NCBI GenBank assembly: GCA_051874735.1
Contig: JBJEGD010000026.1
Span: forward strand, 91,452-155,451
Length of the DNA: 64,000 bases
Direction: 5' to 3'
Origin: Candidatus Bruticola sp.
GTDB taxonomy: Bacteria > Vulcanimicrobiota > Xenobia > Xenobiales > Xenobiaceae
Below, one piece after another: positions 26,887-34,613 of the stretch; the stretch's first letter is position 1; each line of letters opens with the position of its first letter. Both the position numbers and the translations under genes were made by a program. Below the pieces are notes generated by a model, which did no database searches, had not been told where the DNA came from, and saw nothing but the letters and a program-made list of their open reading frames with translations.

Positions 26887-29800
26887 ATGAGGAATGCACT
26901 CGGACATGTCTTGTCAGCAGCAGTGCTTGTAGGTAGTTTTGGGGCTTCAGTTCCTGCCTTTGCAGATAGTCCATCCGGAAATGCTGCGGTCAATACTGCT
27001 GAGCCTTTACCGGCTGCAGTAAATATGGGATTCAGCTTGGAAGCCGATTCTGCGGCTGCTCCCTACGTACATGGTTCTCAGACATCCTCTTTAACTAGTC
27101 AGACTGACAGTTGCGAGTACGTTCAGCCGCATATAATTCAGTTGGTAGCGACTGATAAAGGAGACACTGAGCTGGTTGATTCTGCGGCGATTGCTAGCGG
27201 TGCGGCAAACAGTAGCTGTTCGACTAGTGAACTTAGCACTTCAGAGAAAGATGCTACAGTTTCAACGTCTTCGGCTGTTTCTGCAGATGAGAGCAAAACT
27301 ATAAAAACAAAAACTAAGAGCTCAACTTCCGAACTAAAAAAAAGTAAAGCTAGGCTAAATAAGAGCAGAGCTGCGCGGCGTAAGAATAAAGTTAATTCTA
27401 CCGCCTTGGGAAAGCATTCTAGCCCTGAAAAGGTTGAATCTGCTGTTGCTAATTCTGATAATGGTGCGGTGGCAATAGATAGCAGCGAACCCATAAAAAG
27501 TAAGACTGAGTTTTCCGCTGAACTGTCAGATAAAACGGATCATGTTCAGACTTCCTCCAGCAGTGAACCTGCTGTCGAGGCTAAAGCCGCTTCTTCTGTT
27601 GAGCAAGAGTCTGTGCCAGTATCTACGTACTCCGCCAGCAAAAACAACGGTGATAACGTTTCTTCCGCTCTTGAAGAGAATAGCGCTGCTGCAGAACAAA
27701 AAGTTGCTCCTGCCGCCGATGAAACAAAAAGCCAGGTGGCAGATGAGGGTACGAAAAAGGCTGCAGCTTCGATCTCTCCTATTTTTAGCGGTACGGTTGA
27801 GGCTATAACTGATTCATCTTTGCGTATTTTCGGTATAGGTGCCAATGGTGAACCGCTTAGCCTCGATTTTATTGTCGATGCTAATAGTCAGATGGCTGAG
27901 GGGATAAAAATAGGCGACAGTTTATCTGTTTATTATGAAGTTTCTGAAAGCGGTGGTTTCAGAGTAACTTCGGCTAGGTATCTATCAGGTGAAGCTCCCA
28001 AGAATGTTTTCCCCGGAGATATCCCTTCTGAACTGCTCGACAATAATGATGTAACTGCAAAAGACGAGACTGATACTACCAACGAAGCGGATATACCTAA
28101 GGTCGTCAGTATTGAGGTTGAGGGCAATAAAACCGTTTCTTCAGAGGAAATACTGCAGATTATTTCCACCCGTATCGGTGACCCTTTGTTAGAACCGCGT
28201 ATCCGCCGCGATATGCAGGCTATCTACGACAGTGGATATTACACTGATGTACGTTTAGATACACGCTACACTTCAGATGGCGTCCGTGTGATCTTCCGGG
28301 TTTTGGAAAATCCTGTAGTTGATGAAATAGCTATCGAGGGTAATAGCGTAGTCCCTAGCGAAAAGCTTCGCTCTCTTATGCAACTTGAAACGGGTAAAGT
28401 GCTCAATACTCGTACTTTGCAAAATGATCTACAATCAATCAACAAATATTACAACGAAGATTTAGGCTATACTATTAGTCCTTCCCACGTTACCAAACTC
28501 GATTTTAATAGCGGTAAACTTACGTTTACCTTAGTTGATGGCATTGTAGTTAAAGAAGTTAAGGTTGAGGGGGTTACCGTTTTCCCTCAAGACCAGATCG
28601 CTTCTATGATCACGCTCAAGCCGGGCGATCTGTTTAATCGTAATACTCTGCGCGATGATACAGAAAAAATTTCTGCTCTCTACGATGAAAAACAGTACAT
28701 ATTAGATACTATTAAACCTTCGGTTGATGTCGAAACTGGTGTAGTTACGGTCAGTGTTGTTGAAGCCGTACTTCAGGAAATTAAGCTGGCTTGGACTGGC
28801 ACTAGTGCTACTAAGCACCGTACCAAAGACGACACTGTGCTGCGCAATATCCGTACTAAGCCTGGCGAGGTGATGCGTCGCGATCGCATACAAAAAGATT
28901 TGGAACGTCTTAATAACTTAGGTCTTTTCAAAAAAGTAGAGCCTGAGGTCGAGCCGGGATCTGCGCCAGGTCAAGCCGTTTTAGTTTTAAATATTGAAGA
29001 ACAGAAAACTGGTTTAGCTACGGTCGGTGTCGGTTATGCTGGAGGCGGATCGGGAGCTGTTCGCCCTGGTATAACTGGAGCGATTTCTTATTCTGAGCGC
29101 AACTTATTCGGAGAAGGTAAGCAGTTTTCCATAAACTTGCAGCGAGGTGCTCAGATCGGTGCGTATAGTATTTCTTATTACGATCCAGCCATTAACTCTG
29201 CTCAAGATTCTATTGGCGTATCTGCTTACTATAACAGCGTAGACGACTTGGAACAGCAGGTGACCGGAGCTGATTATGGCACTTACGCTTATTACGATCA
29301 GGAAGTGTACGGCGCCACTGTTACTTACGGCCATCCTTTCTCCGATGACCTTCGCGGTTTTGTCACTTTGCGTCATGAAACTATAAATTTAACTATGTCT
29401 GGTAAATCTCTGTATGTACCAGTTGGCTTGGGTAAAGGTGATTTGAACGCTATTGGTTTGTCTACTTTATATGACACTCGCGATGACGTCTTCAGCCCTC
29501 ACAAAGGTAGTTATGCTAATGTGGCCCTTACTTTTGCTGGTTTTGGGGGAGACTATAGTTACAATAAATTTGTTGTAGAAGGACGCCACTATGTGCCCTT
29601 AACTAAGCGATCTACTTTGGCTTTGCGCGGTATGTACGGAACTGTGGGCAATGGGGCTCCCGCGTCTGAATATTTTTATGCTGGCGGTACTGACACTTTG
29701 CGTGGCTATCAAGATAACTCAATGTTCGGAAACAAAGTTGTCCTTCTGAATGCTGAATACCGTTTCCCCATTGGAAATATTAAGATGCTCAGCGGCGCTG

Positions 29801-29979
29801 TGTTTGTTGACGCCGGCAATGCCTGGATCTCCGGCTACAAGTCGAGTGAACTGTATACCGATGCTGGTGTTGGTCTGCGCATAGTATTTCCTAACCTCGG
29901 TTTGGGTGTTATTCGTATCGATTATGCTTTCGGCAAAGATGGATCCCGCTCCAGTATAGGTATAGGTCAGTCATTCTAG
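26887..29979 (+). CDS. bamA: outer membrane protein assembly factor BamA (Omp85) with an about 400-aa low-complexity N-terminal extension
   Basis: GGAGG RBS and a signal peptide. POTRA-like units begin IEVEGNKTV, IAIEGNSVV, VKVEGVTVF and IKLAWTG. The C-terminal barrel has RGY, VFVDAGNAW and a terminal GIGQSF (C-terminal Phe). Confidence 0.9.
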   Translation: MRNALGHVLSAAVLVGSFGASVPAFADSPSGNAAVNTAEPLPAAVNMGFSLEADSAAAPYVHGSQTSSLTSQTDSCEYVQPHIIQLVATDKGDTELVDSAAIASGAANSSCSTSELSTSEKDATVSTSSAVSADESKTIKTKTKSSTSELKKSKARLNKSRAARRKNKVNSTALGKHSSPEKVESAVANSDNGAVAIDSSEPIKSKTEFSAELSDKTDHVQTSSSSEPAVEAKAASSVEQESVPVSTYSASKNNGDNVSSALEENSAAAEQKVAPAADETKSQVADEGTKKAAASISPIFSGTVEAITDSSLRIFGIGANGEPLSLDFIVDANSQMAEGIKIGDSLSVYYEVSESGGFRVTSARYLSGEAPKNVFPGDIPSELLDNNDVTAKDETDTTNEADIPKVVSIEVEGNKTVSSEEILQIISTRIGDPLLEPRIRRDMQAIYDSGYYTDVRLDTRYTSDGVRVIFRVLENPVVDEIAIEGNSVVPSEKLRSLMQLETGKVLNTRTLQNDLQSINKYYNEDLGYTISPSHVTKLDFNSGKLTFTLVDGIVVKEVKVEGVTVFPQDQIASMITLKPGDLFNRNTLRDDTEKISALYDEKQYILDTIKPSVDVETGVVTVSVVEAVLQEIKLAWTGTSATKHRTKDDTVLRNIRTKPGEVMRRDRIQKDLERLNNLGLFKKVEPEVEPGSAPGQAVLVLNIEEQKTGLATVGVGYAGGGSGAVRPGITGAISYSERNLFGEGKQFSINLQRGAQIGAYSISYYDPAINSAQDSIGVSAYYNSVDDLEQQVTGADYGTYAYYDQEVYGATVTYGHPFSDDLRGFVTLRHETINLTMSGKSLYVPVGLGKGDLNAIGLSTLYDTRDDVFSPHKGSYANVALTFAGFGGDYSYNKFVVEGRHYVPLTKRSTLALRGMYGTVGNGAPASEYFYAGGTDTLRGYQDNSMFGNKVVLLNAEYRFPIGNIKMLSGAVFVDAGNAWISGYKSSELYTDAGVGLRIVFPNLGLGVIRIDYAFGKDGSRSSIGIGQSF

Positions 29980-30175
29980 TTGCTAGGGAGCTACGCTTAT
30001 AGAGCATTCGAAAAAGTTGAGCGGGTGGGCATCTCTAATAGTTGTAGCTCTCTTTTGGGGGGAATTTACGAAAACGTGAAATGCCGCGTTCTGCCGACAT
30101 TTTTTTTGGGTAAAAATGAGCGGCGCAGTTGCTATTTATAGTTTGTTGGAACCCTTAAAGGAGGTTCAAGTTTAA

Positions 30176-31171
30176 ATGTCTGAAGTCAATTTGAGTAAAT
30201 CTGCTGACAACACTGCAGATGAAGCTGTTAGTGAGTCAGCTACTCCTTCTGGCGGAAACAAGAAAATTGTTGGCGTAGTTGTTGCTGTAGCTGTTTTAAT
30301 AATTATCGGTATTGGAACTTGGATGTTCCTCAGTCCTAGCGGTATGATGTCTTCTCCTGCTAAAAAAGTAGGCTGTATAGACGCTTCAGCTATTTATGCT
30401 CTCGATGAGTTTAAAAACGCTGAAAAGCAGATCGCTGATTTTGCTGAAGCTAAAAACAAAGAATTTGAAAAAGCTGTCAGTGAAAAAAATGGAAAAGAAG
30501 GTTCTGAGACTGAGCTCCAGCTGCTTTATAACAAGCTTCAAGGTGAAGTTGAGGTTAACCGTAACAAAATTATTCTTCCTTTGAATAATCGTGTCTCTGC
30601 AGCTATCGCTTCCGTATCTGCTGGAAAAGGGCTTAATGTAGTCCTGGATAAGCGCGTAGTCGTATGTGGAGTTCCCGATATCACTGAAGATGTAAAAAAA
30701 CTTTTTCAACAAAAAGGCGAGCTGAAAGTTCCTTCTGAGGAAGATACTAGCGATTCTCCGGTGGCTTATTTCGATCAGGGAATAGTTCGCAAATTGAAAG
30801 TGTTCGGTGAAGTTGATATCCGCTTGAGTCAAGCCCGCGCTGACATGATGCGTGAGTATGAGAAAAAAGCTCCCAGTCTTTCAGCTTCAGAGCGTGAGGC
30901 CCTGCAGCGTGAGATGTCCGCTCGTTTTGAGGCTATTAGTCAGCAACAGTATGCTCCTCTCTATCAGAAGGTCAATAATTCTGTAAATAAAGTTGCCAAA
31001 GATTTAGGCATTTCGCTGGTACTGAACAAACAGACTGTGATGTACGGCGGGCGCAATATTACTGATGAAGTTATTGATACTTTTAATGCTAGTCTGAACA
31101 CAGATTCATCTTCTGCTGAAGCTGCAGACAGCAAAGCTGCAGACTCTAAGAATACTGAAGCTGCTAAGTAA
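30176..31171 (+). CDS. membrane-anchored protein with two Skp/OmpH-like halves
   Basis: AAGGAGG RBS and TM segment IVGVVVAVAVLIIIGIGTWMFL. There are two units, each ending with ...GLNVVLDKRVVVCGVPDITEDV or ...GISLVLNKQTVMYGGRNITDEVI, the typical OmpH C-terminal pattern. Confidence 0.65.
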   Translation: MSEVNLSKSADNTADEAVSESATPSGGNKKIVGVVVAVAVLIIIGIGTWMFLSPSGMMSSPAKKVGCIDASAIYALDEFKNAEKQIADFAEAKNKEFEKAVSEKNGKEGSETELQLLYNKLQGEVEVNRNKIILPLNNRVSAAIASVSAGKGLNVVLDKRVVVCGVPDITEDVKKLFQQKGELKVPSEEDTSDSPVAYFDQGIVRKLKVFGEVDIRLSQARADMMREYEKKAPSLSASEREALQREMSARFEAISQQQYAPLYQKVNNSVNKVAKDLGISLVLNKQTVMYGGRNITDEVIDTFNASLNTDSSSAEAADSKAADSKNTEAAK

Positions 31172-31184
31172 TTGAGGTGTTTTT

Positions 31185-32624
31185 ATGCAGTTTTTTTCTG
31201 TCCCTAAATTCAAAAGTACAGGCGTATGGCTGGGGGTCGGCAGCATTCTAGTCGGCGCCGCTGTGGCTGTTCAAGTAGGCTTAGCTGAGGTTGCCTGTGC
31301 TGAAGGGACTGAGCCGAAAAAATCTGCTGCTCTTGATAAGGCTGATGATAAGTTCACTGAGTTAGCTGTAGTTGACTTCGATAAGCTGTTGAAAGATCGT
31401 CCCGATTATGAGCGCATCAATCAACTCGATGAACAGATTCGTTTACTGCAACAGGAACTAGATTTTTTGCCTTTAGCTGACCACAGGCGTAAAGTAGATT
31501 CTGGACGTAAACGTATGGAACGCGAGGTTGAAAAGGCTCGCAATGAACTTCAAGCTGAGTCTGAGCGTATTGGACGGGAATTGAAAAATTTTCGCAATGC
31601 ACTTTCTTCTCAGCTTGAACGGGAAAGTAAAGCTCTCAATGAACATTACCAAAATGTTTTACGTCAGCGTATTGCCGCTCTGACTCCCAAAGCTCAGCCG
31701 CAGGTTCCTGAAGATGTTCGCAAGCGTATGGATAGTTTCCTTAGCGATTTGGCTGGAGTGCGTCAGCAGCGACTCTCTGCTAAGCGTTTAGAACTTGAGC
31801 GCCTTATGCAGAATAATTTGGAAAGTGCCAGAGCTTCCATGGATGAGCGCTTAGCAGCCTACGACAATTCTCTTATGGAAGAGAATCAAGCGCAGCGCGT
31901 TAATCTTCAGCTTCAGTTGCAAACGGCAGCTAATGCTGAAGAAGAGTCGTCCATTCAAGATAAGCTGAGTGCTTTGAGTGATGAAGAAACGGCTAAAAAA
32001 GCGGCCAAACGCGATGAACTTAGTGCTGAGTATCAAGCGCTTGAAGCTTCAGAGAGAGCTAATGTTAACTCAAAAATGAAAGCTTTTGAAGATTCTTTAG
32101 ATAAGGAAACTTCTGCTAAAGCGGCTGCTGAACGGGAACGTCTCTTAAAGACGGTGTCAGTTCCTTCTCCCCAGGCTAACAAAGCTGATATTGAGGCCCA
32201 GATCGAAAAGATTAAGGCGACTATCAACGCTGAAATGGAAGCGAAGAAGGCTTCCATGACGGCGGCCATGCAGCAAAAGGCTGAGGAAGCCCAGCGCAAT
32301 ATGGAAAAAAAGCAGGCTGAACTAGAAAAGCGTCTCATGGCCACTCAGAAGCAGCTTGAAGCGATGGTTAAAAATTCCCAAAATGATGTCAGCGATGAAA
32401 CTCGCAAAAAGATGGATGACATTAAGGCCAAGATAGAAGATCTGCAGAAACAGCGCACTGAATTGCACGATTCCATGGCGGCTGATCTGCGCAAGGTTAT
32501 CAGTAAGATAGCTGCAGAGCAGGAAGGGCAGCCTTCTGTAATAGGAACTTATGTAATGAATATTGACTGTTTGGATCTTACCGACAAGACTATGATCGCT
32601 TTGGAGAAAGAGGACCAGCATTAG
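31185..32624 (+). CDS. 479-aa coiled-coil protein with Skp/OmpH-like termini
   Basis: N-terminal hydrophobic segment. An OmpH-like start (LAVVDFDKLLKDRPDYERI) and end (VIGTYVMNIDCLDLTDKTM) are separated by about 380 aa of heptad-rich E/K/Q/A sequence. Confidence 0.55.
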   Translation: MQFFSVPKFKSTGVWLGVGSILVGAAVAVQVGLAEVACAEGTEPKKSAALDKADDKFTELAVVDFDKLLKDRPDYERINQLDEQIRLLQQELDFLPLADHRRKVDSGRKRMEREVEKARNELQAESERIGRELKNFRNALSSQLERESKALNEHYQNVLRQRIAALTPKAQPQVPEDVRKRMDSFLSDLAGVRQQRLSAKRLELERLMQNNLESARASMDERLAAYDNSLMEENQAQRVNLQLQLQTAANAEEESSIQDKLSALSDEETAKKAAKRDELSAEYQALEASERANVNSKMKAFEDSLDKETSAKAAAERERLLKTVSVPSPQANKADIEAQIEKIKATINAEMEAKKASMTAAMQQKAEEAQRNMEKKQAELEKRLMATQKQLEAMVKNSQNDVSDETRKKMDDIKAKIEDLQKQRTELHDSMAADLRKVISKIAAEQEGQPSVIGTYVMNIDCLDLTDKTMIALEKEDQH

Positions 32625-32633
32625 GAGGTCGCA

Positions 32634-33194
32634 GTGAAGAGAATTTTTTGGTGCGGAGCAGTTTGTGCGTTACTCACTGTCGGTGTTTTGTTGGCGTCAG
32701 GATGCAATACCCAGAATCAAAAAGCTATTATTCGCACTGGAACTATAAATAGCACTGTGGTGCTTCAGCAGGATGACAAGTATCAAGAATTATCGCGTCA
32801 GTACTTCGCTGAGCGCGTTAAAGCCAGTCAAGAAGTGCAGCGAATCGTCAAAGAAAATTCTGATGCCAACGGTGTTGTGAGTGATAAGTCTATTTATGAT
32901 AAGCTTATGAAAATTCAGAACGATGTAGAATCGAAGTGGCAGAAACGCACCGCCGACTATATAGATGCTAAAATGAAGAGTATGGAAGAAGCTGCTCAGA
33001 AGGTTGCAGTGGACAGCAAGCTCGATATCATTTTAATCGATTCCGATGATGTACCTACTGTAGAGTATGGCGGCCACGACGTTACAGCTAATGTTCTAGC
33101 TGCTATGCCCGGGTTCGCTGGCAAGTCTGAAGCTGAAAGTACTAGTGCTGAGACTGCAGCTGATTCTAAGCAGCCTGTGAATAACAGCAAATAG
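32634..33194 (+). CDS. Skp/OmpH-like lipoprotein
   Basis: GTG follows AGGAGG. Lipobox LLASGC. It has a coiled-coil middle and an LDIILIDSDDVPTVEYGGHDVTANVL end. Confidence 0.6.
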   Translation: MKRIFWCGAVCALLTVGVLLASGCNTQNQKAIIRTGTINSTVVLQQDDKYQELSRQYFAERVKASQEVQRIVKENSDANGVVSDKSIYDKLMKIQNDVESKWQKRTADYIDAKMKSMEEAAQKVAVDSKLDIILIDSDDVPTVEYGGHDVTANVLAAMPGFAGKSEAESTSAETAADSKQPVNNSK

Positions 33195-33214
33195 AAATGC
33201 GGAGGATAAACAGG

Positions 33215-33688
33215 TTGAAGCATTCAAAGTTTATTAACTGTTTGATTTTAACGGCTGTAGGCGCCGCTCTGCTGCTGTCAGGGGGAGGATGCGCTAAGCG
33301 TTCACTTAAAGTAGGGGTGGTTAATACTGAGAGAATTATCAGGGAAAATCCCAAGTACATGGAATTGAATGTGGTTTTGTCTGATGAGCGGAACAAGTTG
33401 TTCTCGCAAATTCCCAGTAATGTCAACAGCATGTCTGGAGCACAAAAGAAAGCTTTGCAGGAAAAATTAGCTAAAGAGGCTGCTGAGCGTTCCAGTAAAT
33501 TTGACAAGCTTTACAATGAAAGCATGAAAAGCCTGCGTGAAGATATAAAAAAACAGGCTTCAGAAGTTGCTAAAGATAAAAATATCGACTTAGTGGTAGT
33601 TAATACCATAAATTATCCAGTAGTGCTTTATACCAGCGGCGATAATGTCACTTTAGATATTCTTCTCAAAATGGACGGAGCAAAATAA
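33215..33688 (+). CDS. Skp/OmpH-family lipoprotein
   Basis: TTG at 33215 lies 9 nt after GGAGG; the track ATG at 33197 has no RBS. Lipobox LLLSGGGC. It has KVGVVNTERIIRENPKY ... KNIDLVVVNTINYPVVLYTSGDNVTLDIL, a classical OmpH pattern. Confidence 0.75.
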   Translation: MKHSKFINCLILTAVGAALLLSGGGCAKRSLKVGVVNTERIIRENPKYMELNVVLSDERNKLFSQIPSNVNSMSGAQKKALQEKLAKEAAERSSKFDKLYNESMKSLREDIKKQASEVAKDKNIDLVVVNTINYPVVLYTSGDNVTLDILLKMDGAK

Positions 33689-34402
33689 ATGGAACAGGGA
33701 CTCATACATACTAGCGCTTGTATTGATGTCTTCGCCTCTCTTGGAGAGGGATGCCGAGTCGGAGCTATGGCTGTTATTGAAAGTGGAGCCCAAATTGGCT
33801 GCGGAGCTGAAATCGGTCCTAAAGTTTATATCGGACGCAACGTTTCTATCGGTGAAAGAGCTGTTATAAAGTGCGGTGCTGTTATTATGGATGGCGTTGT
33901 TGTTGGCAGAGAAGCGGTAGTCGAGTCGGGGGCTGTTTTGGGAATGGATGGCTTTGGATATGTTTTTGACGGACAAAGCCATCGTAAAATTCAGCAAATA
34001 GGCAATGTTGTCATTGGGCAGGGAGCGAAAATTGGCGCTTGTTCCTGTATAGACAGGGCCGCTTCTGCTTCAACGGTCGTTGGCGATCATACTGAAATAG
34101 GTCATATGGTGATGGTCGGTCATAACAGCAAGATTGGCAGCGGGTGTCGCATTGGTGATCAGAGCGGTTTAACTGGTTCCTCTCTGGTCGGTAACGATTG
34201 TATCATCGGCTCTCAGTGTGGTATAGGTGTGCGTGTTGAACTTGGCGATGGCTGTGTGTTGCTAGATCGAGCCACGGCTATGCGCAAATATGAGCCTGGG
34301 CAGGTTCTGGCCGGACATCCAGGACGACCGGTGGCGGAGGTTCGCCGTGCAGAAGCGGCTTTTAATTTGCTGCCTAAACTTTTAAAAGATTATATTGAGT
34401 AG
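33689..34402 (+). CDS. lpxD: UDP-3-O-acylglucosamine N-acyltransferase, short form (LbH plus C-terminal helix only)
   Basis: It aligns without gaps to the E. coli LpxD catalytic region: IDRAASASTVVGDHTEIGHMVMVGHNSKIG...LTGSS versus [30 protein letters not shown]...MAGSL. The His of the HN motif is present. At 237 aa it has no room for the about 100-aa N-terminal domain, because the upstream gene ends at 33688. Confidence 0.75.
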   Translation: MEQGLIHTSACIDVFASLGEGCRVGAMAVIESGAQIGCGAEIGPKVYIGRNVSIGERAVIKCGAVIMDGVVVGREAVVESGAVLGMDGFGYVFDGQSHRKIQQIGNVVIGQGAKIGACSCIDRAASASTVVGDHTEIGHMVMVGHNSKIGSGCRIGDQSGLTGSSLVGNDCIIGSQCGIGVRVELGDGCVLLDRATAMRKYEPGQVLAGHPGRPVAEVRRAEAAFNLLPKLLKDYIE

Positions 34403-34406
34403 TTCG

Positions 34407-34448
34407 TACCGGTCTTGGGGGCGGTTTTCTAGTCGGGAAGACCGGTAG
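34407..34448 (+). terminator. hairpin after short lpxD (weak T tail)
   Basis: taccggtctt pairs with aagaccggta, a 10-bp stem with a 22-nt loop. Confidence 0.45.
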
Positions 34449-34613
34449 ATCTTGTTGTTAGGGCAGATTCGGAGCAACTCATTTCCATTTTATCAATATT
34501 TATGTCAAGGCGCCTCAATTAGTCTGCAGTTTTGAAATTTGCAGCAGCACAGTTTAGGGCGCTATTTTTCTGTGTAACGCAGAGAGCGATGAATCTGTCG
34601 GAGTTGGGTTTTT

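Noticed and set aside
27138-28169. Antisense and out-of-frame ORFs within the bamA low-complexity region (27138-27494, 27542-27808, 27546-27845, 27933-28169)
   Set aside because: They are by-products of the Ser/Ala/Glu-rich repetitive coding sequence. The bamA frame is continuous with the signal peptide and POTRA domains.
31417-32621. Minus-strand ORFs inside the 479-aa coiled-coil gene (for example 32033-32344 and 32322-32621)
   Set aside because: These are antisense shadows of GAA/GCT/AAG-rich coiled-coil coding sequence, with no RBS.
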